NCBI GenBank assembly: GCA_023459355.1
Contig: JAEWUM010000033.1
Location: forward strand, 68,480-132,479
Direction of reading: 5' to 3'
DNA length: 64,000 nucleotides
DNA from: Bacteroidota bacterium
GTDB taxonomy: Bacteria > Bacteroidota > Bacteroidia > Bacteroidales > Paludibacteraceae
In this document: positions 39,349 to 51,000 of the stretch, one piece after another
Layout of the letters: every line of letters starts with the position of its first letter
Position numbering within the stretch: the stretch's first letter is position 1
Notes under the pieces: model-generated
What the model was told of the DNA's origin: nothing
Databases searched by the model: none
What the model saw: only the letters and a program-made list of their open reading frames with translations
Translations under genes and position numbers: made by a program

Positions 39349-42300
39349 ATGAAAAACGCAAACCGTATATTGCTGATTTTTACGATTGTGTTCAGCTCGT
39401 TTACCTGTTTTTCTGCTGAACCAAACGGAATGTACTTTTCTCAGATATCTTCTAAGGAAGGTTTGTCTCACAGTACTGTTATTTCTATCGTACAGGATAA
39501 AAATAATATCATGTGGTTTGCCACTTTCGACGGACTGAACAGGTACGATGGATATGCTTTTAAAGTGTACAGAAATGAACGAAACAATGAAAATTCACTC
39601 ATTCACGATGTTTTACGTGTTTTGTTTATTGATTCGGATGGTGTTTTATGGATTGGCAGTAAAGGAGGTTTATCACAATATGTTGCTGAAAAAGATTGCT
39701 TTAATAACTATCAGTGTGTAATAAATGATAACCAAACTTTACCGGTAAACGCTATAGTTGAGTTCGACAACTCACATTTGTTACTGGGTACTGAATCGGG
39801 ACTGTGGATGTTTAATAAAAAAGAAAGGAAGTTTGTTGACTTTCAGGAGTTAACATCGTTTAAGAAACCGGTTCAGTCTTTATCCAGACAAAATAACAAC
39901 ATTCTAATAGGGACAATAGATGGTTTATTTGTGTATAACAGTGTCCGAAAATACATTAGTCCTGTAAACAATGCATTCGATGGGAAAATTATTCAGGCAA
40001 TATTGCCGCAGTCTGATTCAAGAATATGGGTTGGGACTGAAGGTGCCGGACTTTTCCTGCTTAATCTGACCACGGGAGAAGTAACTAATTATCGTCATAA
40101 CCCGTCAAATCCCCGGAGTCTGAGTTCAAATTATGTCCGCTCCTTAGCTTTCGATTCTCAGTTTCATTTGTGGGTTGGAACATTTAATGCACTAAGTATA
40201 AAAACAAATGGAGATGATAACTTCAATAATTACTTCCACAATCCGACCAGAGAAGGCTCTATCAGCCAGAACTCAATTCGTTCGATTTATGCAGATACAC
40301 AGGGAGGTATGTGGTTAGGCTCGTATTATGGCGGAATTAATTATTATCATCCTTTGAAGAATAAGTTCGGTCATCTTTTACAAAATCCATACACCCGTTC
40401 GCTTAACGACAAAGTAATCAGTTGCATGGTTGAGGATGAAGACGGGAAAATATGGATTGGAGCAAACGATATGGGTATTAACATCTACAATCCCCAAAAC
40501 GGATGGTTCGATTATATTACCCGTTCTAATACATCCACACTGACATCCAATAATATAAAAACATTTTTGCTGTCGAAAGATAAAAAGAATATCTATGTCG
40601 GGACACATGGAGGAGGGTTGCTGCTATTGAATAAACAGACCCGTCAGGCAAGGCGTATTCCGGGTGGAGCCGGGGAAAAAATCGATGATGTTTATGCCCT
40701 CACCTATGATGATACCGGTAAGATATGGATTGGCGCCTTGTCGGGCTTATTTATTTATAATGAACCTGATGGTGGCATGCAGGAATATGATATTTCGGAT
40801 ATGGGTTCTTCTCATGTCATGTTTCTTAAACACGACTCAAAAAAAAGAATCTGGGTAGGAGGGGAAAAATCCCTGGGCCTACTCAAATCTCCTAAGGATA
40901 AATTAAAGGTCTTTCAATCGAATGAGTATAACGGAACCATTATCAATAGCGCCGTAAACTGTATTTTCGAGGATTCAAAAAACCGTATATGGATTGGAAC
41001 CCGTGGTGGATTGAGTTTGTATAATGAGGACGGAACATTTAAATTATACAGTAAAGAGGATGGTCTGCCCGGTAACATGGTGTTTGGTGTGCTTGAAGAT
41101 TCTTATGGCAGGTTGTGGATAAGTACCAATGAAGGACTATCCTGTTTTTCCCCGGAATCGGCCATGTTTAAAAACTACTCGGAAATTGATGGTTTATTGT
41201 TTCGTCAATACAATATGTATTCATTCTGTCAATCAGGATCCGGCCTGATGTATTTCGGCGGAATCAACGGGATAACTACCTTTTATCCTGAACTCCTGAT
41301 CGATAATCCGCACACGCCTGCCCCGGGAATCAGTAAGATAATTGTTCAGAACCGGGAGATTCATCCCTTTGATGAAACAGGTATCCTCACAAACAATATA
41401 CTCGAAACAAAAAAAATTAAACTGTTGCCGGTTCAGTCGAGTCTGACAATCGAGTTTTTCGTTTCCAACTATCTGGCTGGTAAACACAATACTTTTGCCT
41501 ATATGCTCGAAGGACTTGACAAAACATGGAATTATGCTACAGATAACCGGCAGGTAACTTATAACAATTTAGATCATGGCAGTTATATGTTTAAGGTAAA
41601 GGCTGCTAATAACGATGGGAAATGGAATGAAGAAGCTACTGAACTGGAAATAGTTGTTTTACCTCACTGGTGGCAAACCTGGTGGGCTATCCTGCTGTTT
41701 TTTATCACAGCAACAGCTATCCTCTGGTTTGTTTGGAGATTTATCAATCAGCGAAGAATAATGTATGAACAACTTCGTTCGGAACGACTTGAGAAAGAAA
41801 AAATGGAAGAAGTGAACCAAATGAAAACACGTTTCTTCATCAATATATCCCATGAATTCCGGACACCGCTGACGCTTATTCTGTCTCCTTTACAAGATAT
41901 AATAGAAAAAACAACAGATAAATGGCAGCGCTCACAATTACTTCATATTCAGAAGAATACCAATAAGATGCTGCACCTTGTCAATCAATTGATGGATTAC
42001 AGAAGGGCTGAATTGGGATTTTTCGAGTTAAAGGTGCATAGACTTAATCCTAAAAATCAGGTAGTTGAAATTTGCAATTTATTTGACAGACTGGCTAAGC
42101 GTAAAAAGATAGGATTTACAGTTGACGATCTTACTTCCGGCAAGGAAATGCTGATCGACAGTAATTACCTTGAACTGATTTTAAGTAATTTATTGTCGAA
42201 TGCATTTAAATTTACTCCGGATCATGGCAGCATTACTGTACGACTCGAAGAAGATGTCAATTATTTTATTCTTGAAGTGGAAGATACCGGATCGGGAATA

Positions 42301-43368
42301 CCGGAAGATAAACAAGCGTTAATATTCGACCGCTTTTATCAGGTTAACAATGATTACGTGGGTACAGGTATCGGTCTGTCGCTTGTAAAAAGACTGGTTG
42401 ATTTACATCACGGAAAAATAGAAGTAAAGAGTAAGCCGGGAGAGGGAAGTAGGTTTACAGTTTATTTTCCGCAAAATGAAGAAGTATATGATAAGGCTGA
42501 AATTGAAACCGGACACGATGATAATACGGTTAAAATTCATCAGAAATCGCTTGATTTTATCCTCGATGAAAGCATTAAAGAGGATTCAGATCAGGTTGAT
42601 ACTCAAATCAGCGACACCTTGCTAATCGTTGAAGATAATGCCGATGTGACTGAATATCTGGTCGAACGCTTATCCAAACATTATCATGTTTATACAGCAT
42701 CTAATGGATTGGAAGCGCTGGATGTTCTTAAAGACAAGGAAGTGGATTTAATACTTACCGATGTGATGATGCCTGAAATGGATGGAATTAAATTGTGCAA
42801 ATCTTTGAAACAGAATATAAAAACCTGTCACATACCGGTTATTATACTATCTGCGCGGTCGAATACGGAAGATCAGTTGCAGGGACTTGAAGTGGGTGCA
42901 GATGATTATCTTCCGAAACCTTTTACATTCTCAGTGCTGAAAGCCAAGATACAGAATATGCTGAAATCGCGTCGCCGTATGCTCGAACATTATTCCAAAT
43001 CGCTTGAAATTGAACCCGAAAAAATTACTTTCAACGCGATGGATGAAGAATTATTAAAAAGGGCCATGAAAATTGTGATTGATAACCTGGATAACAGTGA
43101 GTTTTCTACCGATACATTTTGCTCTGAAATGGGAATGAGCCGGTCAAATCTTCACCTGAAGTTAAAAGCCATAACGGGTGAATCTACAATCGATTTTATT
43201 AAAAAAATCAGATTTAATGAAGCGTGTAAATTGTTGCTCGATGGAAGGTATAACGTTGCCGAAGTGAGTACCATGGTAGGTTTTAATACTCCTTCTTACT
43301 TTGCTACCAGTTTTAAGAAATATTTTGGCGTTTTACCTACTGAATATATAAAAAGCAGAAGATTGTAA
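39349..43368 (+). CDS. Hybrid two-component sensor kinase / AraC response regulator (HTCS)
   Basis: Beta-propeller repeats (WIGT..GL), Y_Y_Y domain, TM PHWWQTWWA, H-box NISHEFRTPLTLI, GTGIGLSLV, receiver TDVMMPEMDG, AraC HTH VGFNTPSYFATSFKKYFG. Confidence 0.97.
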   Translation: MKNANRILLIFTIVFSSFTCFSAEPNGMYFSQISSKEGLSHSTVISIVQDKNNIMWFATFDGLNRYDGYAFKVYRNERNNENSLIHDVLRVLFIDSDGVLWIGSKGGLSQYVAEKDCFNNYQCVINDNQTLPVNAIVEFDNSHLLLGTESGLWMFNKKERKFVDFQELTSFKKPVQSLSRQNNNILIGTIDGLFVYNSVRKYISPVNNAFDGKIIQAILPQSDSRIWVGTEGAGLFLLNLTTGEVTNYRHNPSNPRSLSSNYVRSLAFDSQFHLWVGTFNALSIKTNGDDNFNNYFHNPTREGSISQNSIRSIYADTQGGMWLGSYYGGINYYHPLKNKFGHLLQNPYTRSLNDKVISCMVEDEDGKIWIGANDMGINIYNPQNGWFDYITRSNTSTLTSNNIKTFLLSKDKKNIYVGTHGGGLLLLNKQTRQARRIPGGAGEKIDDVYALTYDDTGKIWIGALSGLFIYNEPDGGMQEYDISDMGSSHVMFLKHDSKKRIWVGGEKSLGLLKSPKDKLKVFQSNEYNGTIINSAVNCIFEDSKNRIWIGTRGGLSLYNEDGTFKLYSKEDGLPGNMVFGVLEDSYGRLWISTNEGLSCFSPESAMFKNYSEIDGLLFRQYNMYSFCQSGSGLMYFGGINGITTFYPELLIDNPHTPAPGISKIIVQNREIHPFDETGILTNNILETKKIKLLPVQSSLTIEFFVSNYLAGKHNTFAYMLEGLDKTWNYATDNRQVTYNNLDHGSYMFKVKAANNDGKWNEEATELEIVVLPHWWQTWWAILLFFITATAILWFVWRFINQRRIMYEQLRSERLEKEKMEEVNQMKTRFFINISHEFRTPLTLILSPLQDIIEKTTDKWQRSQLLHIQKNTNKMLHLVNQLMDYRRAELGFFELKVHRLNPKNQVVEICNLFDRLAKRKKIGFTVDDLTSGKEMLIDSNYLELILSNLLSNAFKFTPDHGSITVRLEEDVNYFILEVEDTGSGIPEDKQALIFDRFYQVNNDYVGTGIGLSLVKRLVDLHHGKIEVKSKPGEGSRFTVYFPQNEEVYDKAEIETGHDDNTVKIHQKSLDFILDESIKEDSDQVDTQISDTLLIVEDNADVTEYLVERLSKHYHVYTASNGLEALDVLKDKEVDLILTDVMMPEMDGIKLCKSLKQNIKTCHIPVIILSARSNTEDQLQGLEVGADDYLPKPFTFSVLKAKIQNMLKSRRRMLEHYSKSLEIEPEKITFNAMDEELLKRAMKIVIDNLDNSEFSTDTFCSEMGMSRSNLHLKLKAITGESTIDFIKKIRFNEACKLLLDGRYNVAEVSTMVGFNTPSYFATSFKKYFGVLPTEYIKSRRL

Positions 43369-43429
43369 CAAAATTGATATTTTTTTCGACAAAATTCAAT
43401 TTCTGAAAGATTAAATTATAGTTCATTTG
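43367..43429 (+). promoter_or_regulatory. Candidate HTCS operator (21-bp direct repeat) plus degenerate -7 box
   Basis: AACAAAATTGATAT (43367) and GACAAAATTCAATT (43388), then TTCATTTG at 43422 (+34). Confidence 0.7.
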
Positions 43430-43513
43430 CATCAGGAACTCTGTCTGAACCACATTGGGTTACCGGCAAAGTTTCCGATGATTGCGTAATATATAATTTA
43501 ATGCTAAAATACA

Positions 43514-44689
43514 ATGAAACGAAGACTGCTTAACTTTTTTGTGATTGCTACTTTTTTATCCTTATTTTTTTCTTCCTGTAAAAATAACACTTTCTGGGTC
43601 GACGAAAGCATTGAAACCGCTGCTTATCAGTTGGACATGATGGCCAAAGAAATTTCAGGTAAAGAAAAACTACCTCGTTCTATCCGTGATGGTGAAATCC
43701 GGCTTGAAGATTTGTACGACTGGACGAGTGGTTTCTTTCCGGGAAGCTTATGGTATATGTATGAATTTACCAAGGATGAAATGTTTAAAAAACAGGCTGT
43801 CGAATACACAGACTTACTTTATAATCTGAAAGACTATGCCGGAACACATGACCTTGGATTCATGGTTTATTGCAGCTACGGGAATGGATTCAGACTTACG
43901 GGCGACACCAGCTATATACATGTGATGGTTGAAACATCGGATAATCTTATTTCCAGGTTCAATGAAAAAACAGGAACAATACGCTCCTGGGACTTCGGAG
44001 AATGGCAGTTTCCTGTTATTATTGATAATATGATGAACCTGGAACTGCTTTTCTGGGCAAGTGATTTCACGAAAAATCCTGTGTACAGGGATGTCGCGTT
44101 ACGTCATGCTGATACGACGATGAAAAATCATTATCGCCCCGACTTTTCTTCTTATCATGTGATTGATTATGATACGATAACCGGTAATGTGATTGCTAAA
44201 CAAACATTTCAGGGCTATGCCGACGAAAGTGCCTGGGCACGGGGGCAGGCATGGGGCTTGTATGGCTACACGGTATGTTATCGCGCAACAGGAGATGAAA
44301 AATACCTCCGTATGGCCGAAAATATTGCAGGTTTTATCATGGATAACGTAAAAACGGAGGATTTAATTCCTTATTGGGACTATAATGCACCCGATATACC
44401 CAATGCGCCACGCGACGCTTCGGCTGCAGCTGTAACTGCTTCGGCTTTATTCGAATTAAGTCAGTATACGAAACAGGGTGATAAATACTTTAATTATGCC
44501 GAAACCGTTCTAAAGAATCTTTCAGGAGAACAATACCTGGCGAAAAAAGGAGAAAATAAAGGATTTATCCTGATGCACTCGGTAGGGCATCTGCCTGCTA
44601 ATTCTGAGATAGATACTCCGTTGAATTATGCAGACTATTACTATTTGGAATCTTTGATGCGCTATAAAAATCTGATTTCTAAAAAATAA
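43514..44689 (+). CDS. GH88 unsaturated glucuronyl hydrolase (heparin module)
   Basis: DWTSGFFPG, THDLGF, IIDNMMNL, SAWARGQAW, RDASAAA, YADYYYLE; lipobox FSS-C. Confidence 0.95.
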   Translation: MKRRLLNFFVIATFLSLFFSSCKNNTFWVDESIETAAYQLDMMAKEISGKEKLPRSIRDGEIRLEDLYDWTSGFFPGSLWYMYEFTKDEMFKKQAVEYTDLLYNLKDYAGTHDLGFMVYCSYGNGFRLTGDTSYIHVMVETSDNLISRFNEKTGTIRSWDFGEWQFPVIIDNMMNLELLFWASDFTKNPVYRDVALRHADTTMKNHYRPDFSSYHVIDYDTITGNVIAKQTFQGYADESAWARGQAWGLYGYTVCYRATGDEKYLRMAENIAGFIMDNVKTEDLIPYWDYNAPDIPNAPRDASAAAVTASALFELSQYTKQGDKYFNYAETVLKNLSGEQYLAKKGENKGFILMHSVGHLPANSEIDTPLNYADYYYLESLMRYKNLISKK

Positions 44690-44722
44690 ATCATTCATTC
44701 TTTTATTTAAAATCAACACACC

Positions 44723-46714
44723 ATGAAAATTAAAGTTATTGCTACCTTGATATGTACATCCTTATTGATTACTTCCGGACTTTACGGACAGGAACTTCGC
44801 AGAGAGGTGTTCGAACTGCTTGATTTAAAAAGACCGGGATTAGAAAAAGTACAGAGTTTGGTAGAAAATGAAAAATATGAAGCTGCATCTTCAGCTTTGC
44901 TGGACTATTTCCGAAACCGTAGTGGAGTTAATAATCCTGAAGTGGACTTGAACAAGGTCAGAATCAGTGCTGAAGAACAAAAGTGGGCTGACGATGGACT
45001 GAAACACATTTTCTTTGTCCATAAAGGCTACCAACCTTCTTATTTTTACGGAGAAGATATCGATTGGGAATACTGGCCGGTTCAGGATAATGAACTGCGC
45101 TGGCAGTTGCACCGTCATAAATGGTGGACCCCGATGGGGAAAGCCTATAAAGTTTCCGGTGATGAAAAATATGCTTCCGAATGGGTTAAACAATATATCG
45201 ACTGGATAAAGAAAAACCCTCTATTGACACCAACTAAAGCGGAACAGGGTTCAATGGACAAGAACATGCTGAAAAAACTTGAAAATGTACGTTATGCGTG
45301 GCGTCCACTCGAAGTGAGTAACCGGTTACAGGATCAGACTGCACAATTTATGTATTTTGTCGGGAGCAAAAACTTTACTCCTGAGTTTCTGACTGAATTC
45401 CTGGCAAACTATTATCTTCATGCTGAACGTGTTATGGGGAATTATTCTAAACAGGGAAATCACCTTTTGTTTGAAGCGCAACGCATGATCTATGCAGGCG
45501 CGTTTTTCCCCGAATTTAAACGTGCGGAGAGCTGGCGTAAAAGCGGTATCAGCATTCTGAACGACGAAATAAAGGTACAGGTTTATGAGGATGGATTTCA
45601 GTATGAATTGGATCCGCATTATCATTTGGCATCCATAAATATTTTCATAAAAGGCATTGAGATTGCTGATGTAAACGGCTATAAAAAAGAATTTCCTGTT
45701 TCATATCTTGAAACAGTTGAGAAAATGATTGAAGCTGTTATCAACTACTCTTTTCCCAATTATCTAAATCCTTGTTTTAGCGATGCCAAACTGGACTCCA
45801 AATCAGAAATGATTAAAAATTACAAACGTTGGGCTAAAGTGTTTCCGAAGAATAATCAAATCCTTTACATGGCTACAGAAGGGAAAAAGGGAGAATTGCC
45901 GGCTTATTTGTCAAAACGTTATGAGAACTCAGGATTCTTTATTTTCCGAAACGGATGGAAAGAAGACGCAACTGTCATGGTACTGAAAGCCGGACCTCCG
46001 GCGTTCTGGCACAACCAACCCGACAACGGAACTTTTGAACTTTATGTAAACGGACGTAATTTTTTCCCGGACGCAGGGAGCTATGTGTACGCAGGTAATG
46101 CCGAAGTAAACAAGGAAAGAGATTGGTTCCGTCAGACAATGGTACATAAAACGCTGACACTGAATAATGCCAACATCGAACAAACCGACTCAAAGTGTTT
46201 ACTTTGGGAAACAGGTGGTAATACTGAAAAGCTGGTCGTTGAAAATCAAAGCTACGCTGACCTGAAACACCGAAGAACCGTGTTTTTTGTCGATCAATCT
46301 TTCTTTGTAATCGTGGATGAAGCTACCGGAAATGCAACCGGTGATGTCGCGGTACATTATCAGCTAAGTGAAGGGAAAGTAAATGTAAATGCTGAGAAAT
46401 TATCAGTAAATACACTTTACACGGATAATAACAACATGCTTGTTCAGGGTTTTGGCACAAAAGAAACACGGTTGGCCGAGGAGGAAGGCTGGGTATCATA
46501 TGCTTACCGCCAGAAAAATGAACGTCCGGCCTTTTCTTTCCGGACGCAGAAAAATGGTCAGGAGCCGGTGAGATTTATTACCGTAATCTATCCGGTATCT
46601 AAGAAATCGCCTTGTATTTCGGCTAAATTCTCCTCAAAATCGATGGAAAACAATCAGGTGGGTGTTGTGTTGAAAGTAAATAAGAAAAAATATGAGTTAC
46701 AAGCTAAATGGTAA
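44723..46714 (+). CDS. hepC: Heparinase III / heparan sulfate lyase (PL12)
   Basis: DNELRWQLHRHKWW, AWRPLEV..R, GNHLLFEAQR, QYELDPHYH, FWHNQPDNGTFEL, WFRQTMVHKTLTL. Confidence 0.92.
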   Translation: MKIKVIATLICTSLLITSGLYGQELRREVFELLDLKRPGLEKVQSLVENEKYEAASSALLDYFRNRSGVNNPEVDLNKVRISAEEQKWADDGLKHIFFVHKGYQPSYFYGEDIDWEYWPVQDNELRWQLHRHKWWTPMGKAYKVSGDEKYASEWVKQYIDWIKKNPLLTPTKAEQGSMDKNMLKKLENVRYAWRPLEVSNRLQDQTAQFMYFVGSKNFTPEFLTEFLANYYLHAERVMGNYSKQGNHLLFEAQRMIYAGAFFPEFKRAESWRKSGISILNDEIKVQVYEDGFQYELDPHYHLASINIFIKGIEIADVNGYKKEFPVSYLETVEKMIEAVINYSFPNYLNPCFSDAKLDSKSEMIKNYKRWAKVFPKNNQILYMATEGKKGELPAYLSKRYENSGFFIFRNGWKEDATVMVLKAGPPAFWHNQPDNGTFELYVNGRNFFPDAGSYVYAGNAEVNKERDWFRQTMVHKTLTLNNANIEQTDSKCLLWETGGNTEKLVVENQSYADLKHRRTVFFVDQSFFVIVDEATGNATGDVAVHYQLSEGKVNVNAEKLSVNTLYTDNNNMLVQGFGTKETRLAEEEGWVSYAYRQKNERPAFSFRTQKNGQEPVRFITVIYPVSKKSPCISAKFSSKSMENNQVGVVLKVNKKKYELQAKW

Positions 46715-48056
46715 GAAAATAAGTATGGCAACGGCAGCATTATGTGCTGCCGTACCTGTTTTTTCCGCTGATAAACAACCGAATATTATTTTTATAATGA
46801 CCGATCAGCAGACAGCCGATGCCATGAGCAACCGTGGAAATCCCTTTGTAAAAACACCTGCGATGGACATGCTTGCTGCTGATGGTGTTACCTTTACAAA
46901 TGCCTATTGCTCATATCCGCTGAGCGGTCCTTCCAGAGCCAGTTTGTTTACCGGGAAAATGCCGGTTGAACTGGGAGTAGCCGACAACGATGATCCGCTG
47001 CCTGCAAAGGAGATTCCGAACTCCCTGGGATTCATATTATCGAATGCCGGATATGATTGCCTGTATGCAGGCAAATGGCATGTTCCTACAGTAGAAATCC
47101 CGGATTACGAATTTGGATTCAGAAAAGTAAGCGGGATGAATGACCTGAAGTTAGTTGAAAATATTAAAGATGAATTGGCCGTAAAAAGGGAAAAACCGCT
47201 CTTTTTAGTGACTTCGTTTTTAAATCCCCATGAAATTTGTGAGTATGCGCGTTCCCAAACGCTCCATTACGGTGAGATTGAAATTCCTCAGAATGCGAAA
47301 CTGCCTGTGTTGCCGGATAATTTCAATGCTGAACGTGGTTTACCCGAAAGCGTCATGCTACATAAACAAATGATGTTCCGGCTTTATCCTACCCGAAATT
47401 ATACCTCAACCGACTGGCGTAATTATTTATACGCCTATTATCGTCTGGTTGAGCGGGTTGATAAGAATTTGCATGATTTGATTACGGAACTGAAGAAAAA
47501 TGGTCTATACGACAATTCACTTATCGTTTTTACAAGTGATCATGGTGATGGAGTGGCTGCACACAGATGGAATCAGAAAAGAGCTTTATTCGAAGAAACC
47601 ATCCAAATACCTTTGATAGTCAAGCTTCCTGCAGGACAAAAAGGGATGAAGGCCGGTTCGCTCACAAATGCCCTGACCAATATCGGTATTGACATTTATC
47701 CGACTTTGTGTGATTATGCCGGCGCTACGGTTCCCAGCGACAGGCACGGTATCAGTTTGAAACCATTGCTGCAAGGTGATAAAACGGGGCAACATGAACA
47801 CATTTTTATTGAAACTTTACTCGATGGTGTAAACATCCGCGGTTGGTGTGTCATACAGAGTGAATATAAATATGTGTATTATCGCATGCTGAAAGATAAA
47901 GAACAATTGTTTAGCCTGAAATCGGATAAGGGTGAAAAGAAAAACCTGGTTTACAACCCGAAATATGCCGGTGTCCGTAAACAAATGCGCAACAGAATGC
48001 TTGAATATGCGAAAAAAACGAATGATACAATGCTTCGGAAAGAAATGAGTTATTAG
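46692..48056 (+). CDS. Delta-4,5-hexuronate 2-O-sulfatase-like enzyme (S1_9-like), Ser-type
   Basis: PNIIFIMTDQQTADAMSN, TPAMD, PLSGPSR, SFLNPHEICE, AYYRLVERVD and TSDHGDGVAAHRWNQK resemble the P. heparinus 2-O-sulfatase; 23-nt overlap with hepC. Confidence 0.8.
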   Translation: MSYKLNGKKISMATAALCAAVPVFSADKQPNIIFIMTDQQTADAMSNRGNPFVKTPAMDMLAADGVTFTNAYCSYPLSGPSRASLFTGKMPVELGVADNDDPLPAKEIPNSLGFILSNAGYDCLYAGKWHVPTVEIPDYEFGFRKVSGMNDLKLVENIKDELAVKREKPLFLVTSFLNPHEICEYARSQTLHYGEIEIPQNAKLPVLPDNFNAERGLPESVMLHKQMMFRLYPTRNYTSTDWRNYLYAYYRLVERVDKNLHDLITELKKNGLYDNSLIVFTSDHGDGVAAHRWNQKRALFEETIQIPLIVKLPAGQKGMKAGSLTNALTNIGIDIYPTLCDYAGATVPSDRHGISLKPLLQGDKTGQHEHIFIETLLDGVNIRGWCVIQSEYKYVYYRMLKDKEQLFSLKSDKGEKKNLVYNPKYAGVRKQMRNRMLEYAKKTNDTMLRKEMSY

Positions 48057-48077
48057 TCAATGTGTGAAAATTAATTC

Positions 48078-51000
48078 ATGAAAACCACATACATAAAATA
48101 CATCAGCTTTTTTCTGTTATTTGCTTTTCACCTCAATGCAGGAACAATCTATTCTTTTGAAGATGGAATGGTTCCTGCTGTTTTTAAAGCAAAACGGGGC
48201 GCTTTATCCGTCAGCTCGCAACGGGCAAAGTTGGGTTCCCGCTCTCTTCGCTGGAACTGGATTGCCAACGATACGCTTGTGGCTGCACCACTCTCCATGA
48301 ACACAGCCAGCATCCAGGCTAACGGGGGAATTACGACATGGATATATAACGAGAATCCTGCTAATCAAAAGTTGGTTTTGTGGTTTTATGAATACGAATT
48401 TTCCACCACACGGCGATGCAGCCTGGAAGTCAGCCTGAATTTCAAAGGGTGGCGTTGTATCTGGGCGCGTTTCAGAGCCGATATGGGACATACGGGATAC
48501 ACCCTGCGAAGCATGAAATGGGAATCGCCGAAATCGGGTTCGGGAACTTTATATATTGATTATCTCGAGTTTGTGGATAACGTGTCGTGGGAGCGCATCT
48601 CAGACCTGCAATATAAGGTTAACAATACCTCCGCTGAGCTGGTCGATTTTGTTGCCGTCAGAAATTATCCTCCACAAGCTCCCGCAAATATTGTTACACA
48701 AGAGCAGAAAGATGCTGTACAAACGCTCAAAAAACGGATTGACGACTGGCATCTGGGAAGCGGACAATTTGACGATAATCCGGTTTTTATTTCACGCAAG
48801 AACTCATTTAACAGCTATGTGCAAACGGCTTTGAACAGGGTTCCGGATTTGTCGCTCGAAACACTCCCTGATGGTACTGTTAATGGAGAAGGTTTATATC
48901 CGATGGATTTCTACAATACGGTTGTTGATGGTGTAAATGTAAAAACATTCAGGGATGTCAATGAAAAATATATGATTCAGTTGGCTTATGATGCTATAAA
49001 AAACGACAAAGCGAGTTCGCGTGAATTGATACTGAAAATTTTTGACTGGTACCACGATCAGGGATGGGCCGACGGAAGTGCATTAGGCCGACTTCGTTTT
49101 GAAATGCTGAGAAGTTCCGGGTTCTTTCATGCGGCTTATTTGATGAGAGACGCGATGACAACAGACCGATATGAACGGGTTATGAAAGCTTTTTACTGGT
49201 ATAGTTTGTTTGGAAATGTATATGTTACACCCGAAAATAAAGGAGAAACAGCTGATCAGATAAGAGCACTTATGATGCCAAAATTACTGTATGCTGTTGC
49301 CATGCAGGATGAGAAACAACAGGTTGCAGCCTTGCAAAGTTTTAAAGCGTATGCCGACAATGCTTTTTCGCCGGCGCAGGGTTATCTCGGATGTCTGAAA
49401 CCCGACTATTCGGGATATCATCATCGCGGACCCTATTACAGTGCATATTATCCTGATGCCTTGTATATAGGCGCTTTGATATACTATTTACTTTCGGATA
49501 CACCTTATGCACTCAGCACAGAAACCTATAACCATTTGAAAAACGGATTGCTCACCTTCCGGTTCATGTGCGCGGGGTATGATGTCCCGGGTGCAACGAC
49601 CGGACGTTTCCCCACTCAAACCCAGGTTTTGGACAAACTGCTACCTGCCTATGCATACCTGGCGCTTGCAACGGAGACTCCTGATGCCGGACTGACGCAG
49701 GCATTTAAAAGTTATTGGTTTCCGGCAATAGAACCGCTTAAATCATTGATTTCAAGAGTACGTTCTGATATTACCTTTAAAAATGCCCCGGGAGAAGTCG
49801 AGAAAATGCTCGCGTTATCGTTATCTCCACTCCCGGCTGAAAAAAATCCTGTCGGGACGAAGTTTATGCCTTATTCGGGATTACTGATCTCAAGACAGTC
49901 CGATTGGATACTGACTGCCAAAGGATACAGTAAATACATCTGGGATTTTGAAAGTTCCTCGACTGAAAATCTTTACGGCAGGTACCTGAGTTACGGACAT
50001 ATCGAGTTGTCAAACATAAAAAACGGTTTTAAAAGTTACAGACCTGCGAATGCTGCATGGGATTGGAGTCATATTCCGGGAACAACAACGAAGTATCTTA
50101 CAAAAGATGAACTTAATGCTCAAAATAATGGCGCTTTACACCGGAATTTCTCTGATGAAGCTTTTTTGGGAGGAATTGCATTCAATCAAACCAGTTCGGT
50201 TTTTGCCAATCATTTGCATGATAACACATTCGATAAGAGTTTTTATGCCCGGAAATCTGTTTTCCAGTTCGATAGCATTTACACTTGCCTGGGAAGCGGA
50301 ATAAAAAGCAGTGACAATGGTCATGCGGTTCATACAACCCTGTTTCAGAATCAAAAAGTAAATGCTTCGGATGTTCTACTTATCAATGGCGGCGAATCGG
50401 TTCAAAACCAGACCGGGTTAACCATACCTGCTATTAAGGATAACTACGGTAATGCATATCTGGTAAAAGAAGGAAGCGTCAGTACAGAGCTTGGTTCTTC
50501 TTTCTTGACGGCTTTTGTTAATCATGGGAAGGCCGTGAAAAACGGAAAATATGCCTATCAGATTATAACCGGAGTTTCAGATGAGGATTTGGAAGTTCTA
50601 AGTGTTTCGCAAAACAATCCTGTTGAAGTATTGAAGTTCAATGAATCTGCACACATTGTTCATCATCATCCCTCAAAGACATTTGCTGCCGTTGTTTTTG
50701 ATGTTTCTGCTGCTGTAAATACCGGAAAATTATATGGGGTGAACATTCCTGCGATTATTGTAATGCAGGAACGTGATGACACACTTGAAATAGCTTTTTC
50801 CGATCCTGATATGCACAGACCAAGCGCTTCCGATATTTCATCATTATCCGGCGATGCGATAAGAGCAGCAGGAAATGTTTCCACAGTCAGCATGGAGTTA
50901 AATGGTGAATTTGAATTGATTTCGTCAGATGTGGATGTGTCGGTGTTAAAGACCGTTCCGGGGAAAACCACCATCGAGTATGCAGGTGCGAAGGCAGGAG

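Noticed and set aside
43430..43480. Riboswitch or structured leader before the second GH88
   Set aside because: Only an imperfect hairpin (CATCAGGAACTCTGTC / GGCAAAGTTTCCGATG) with no recognisable family features.
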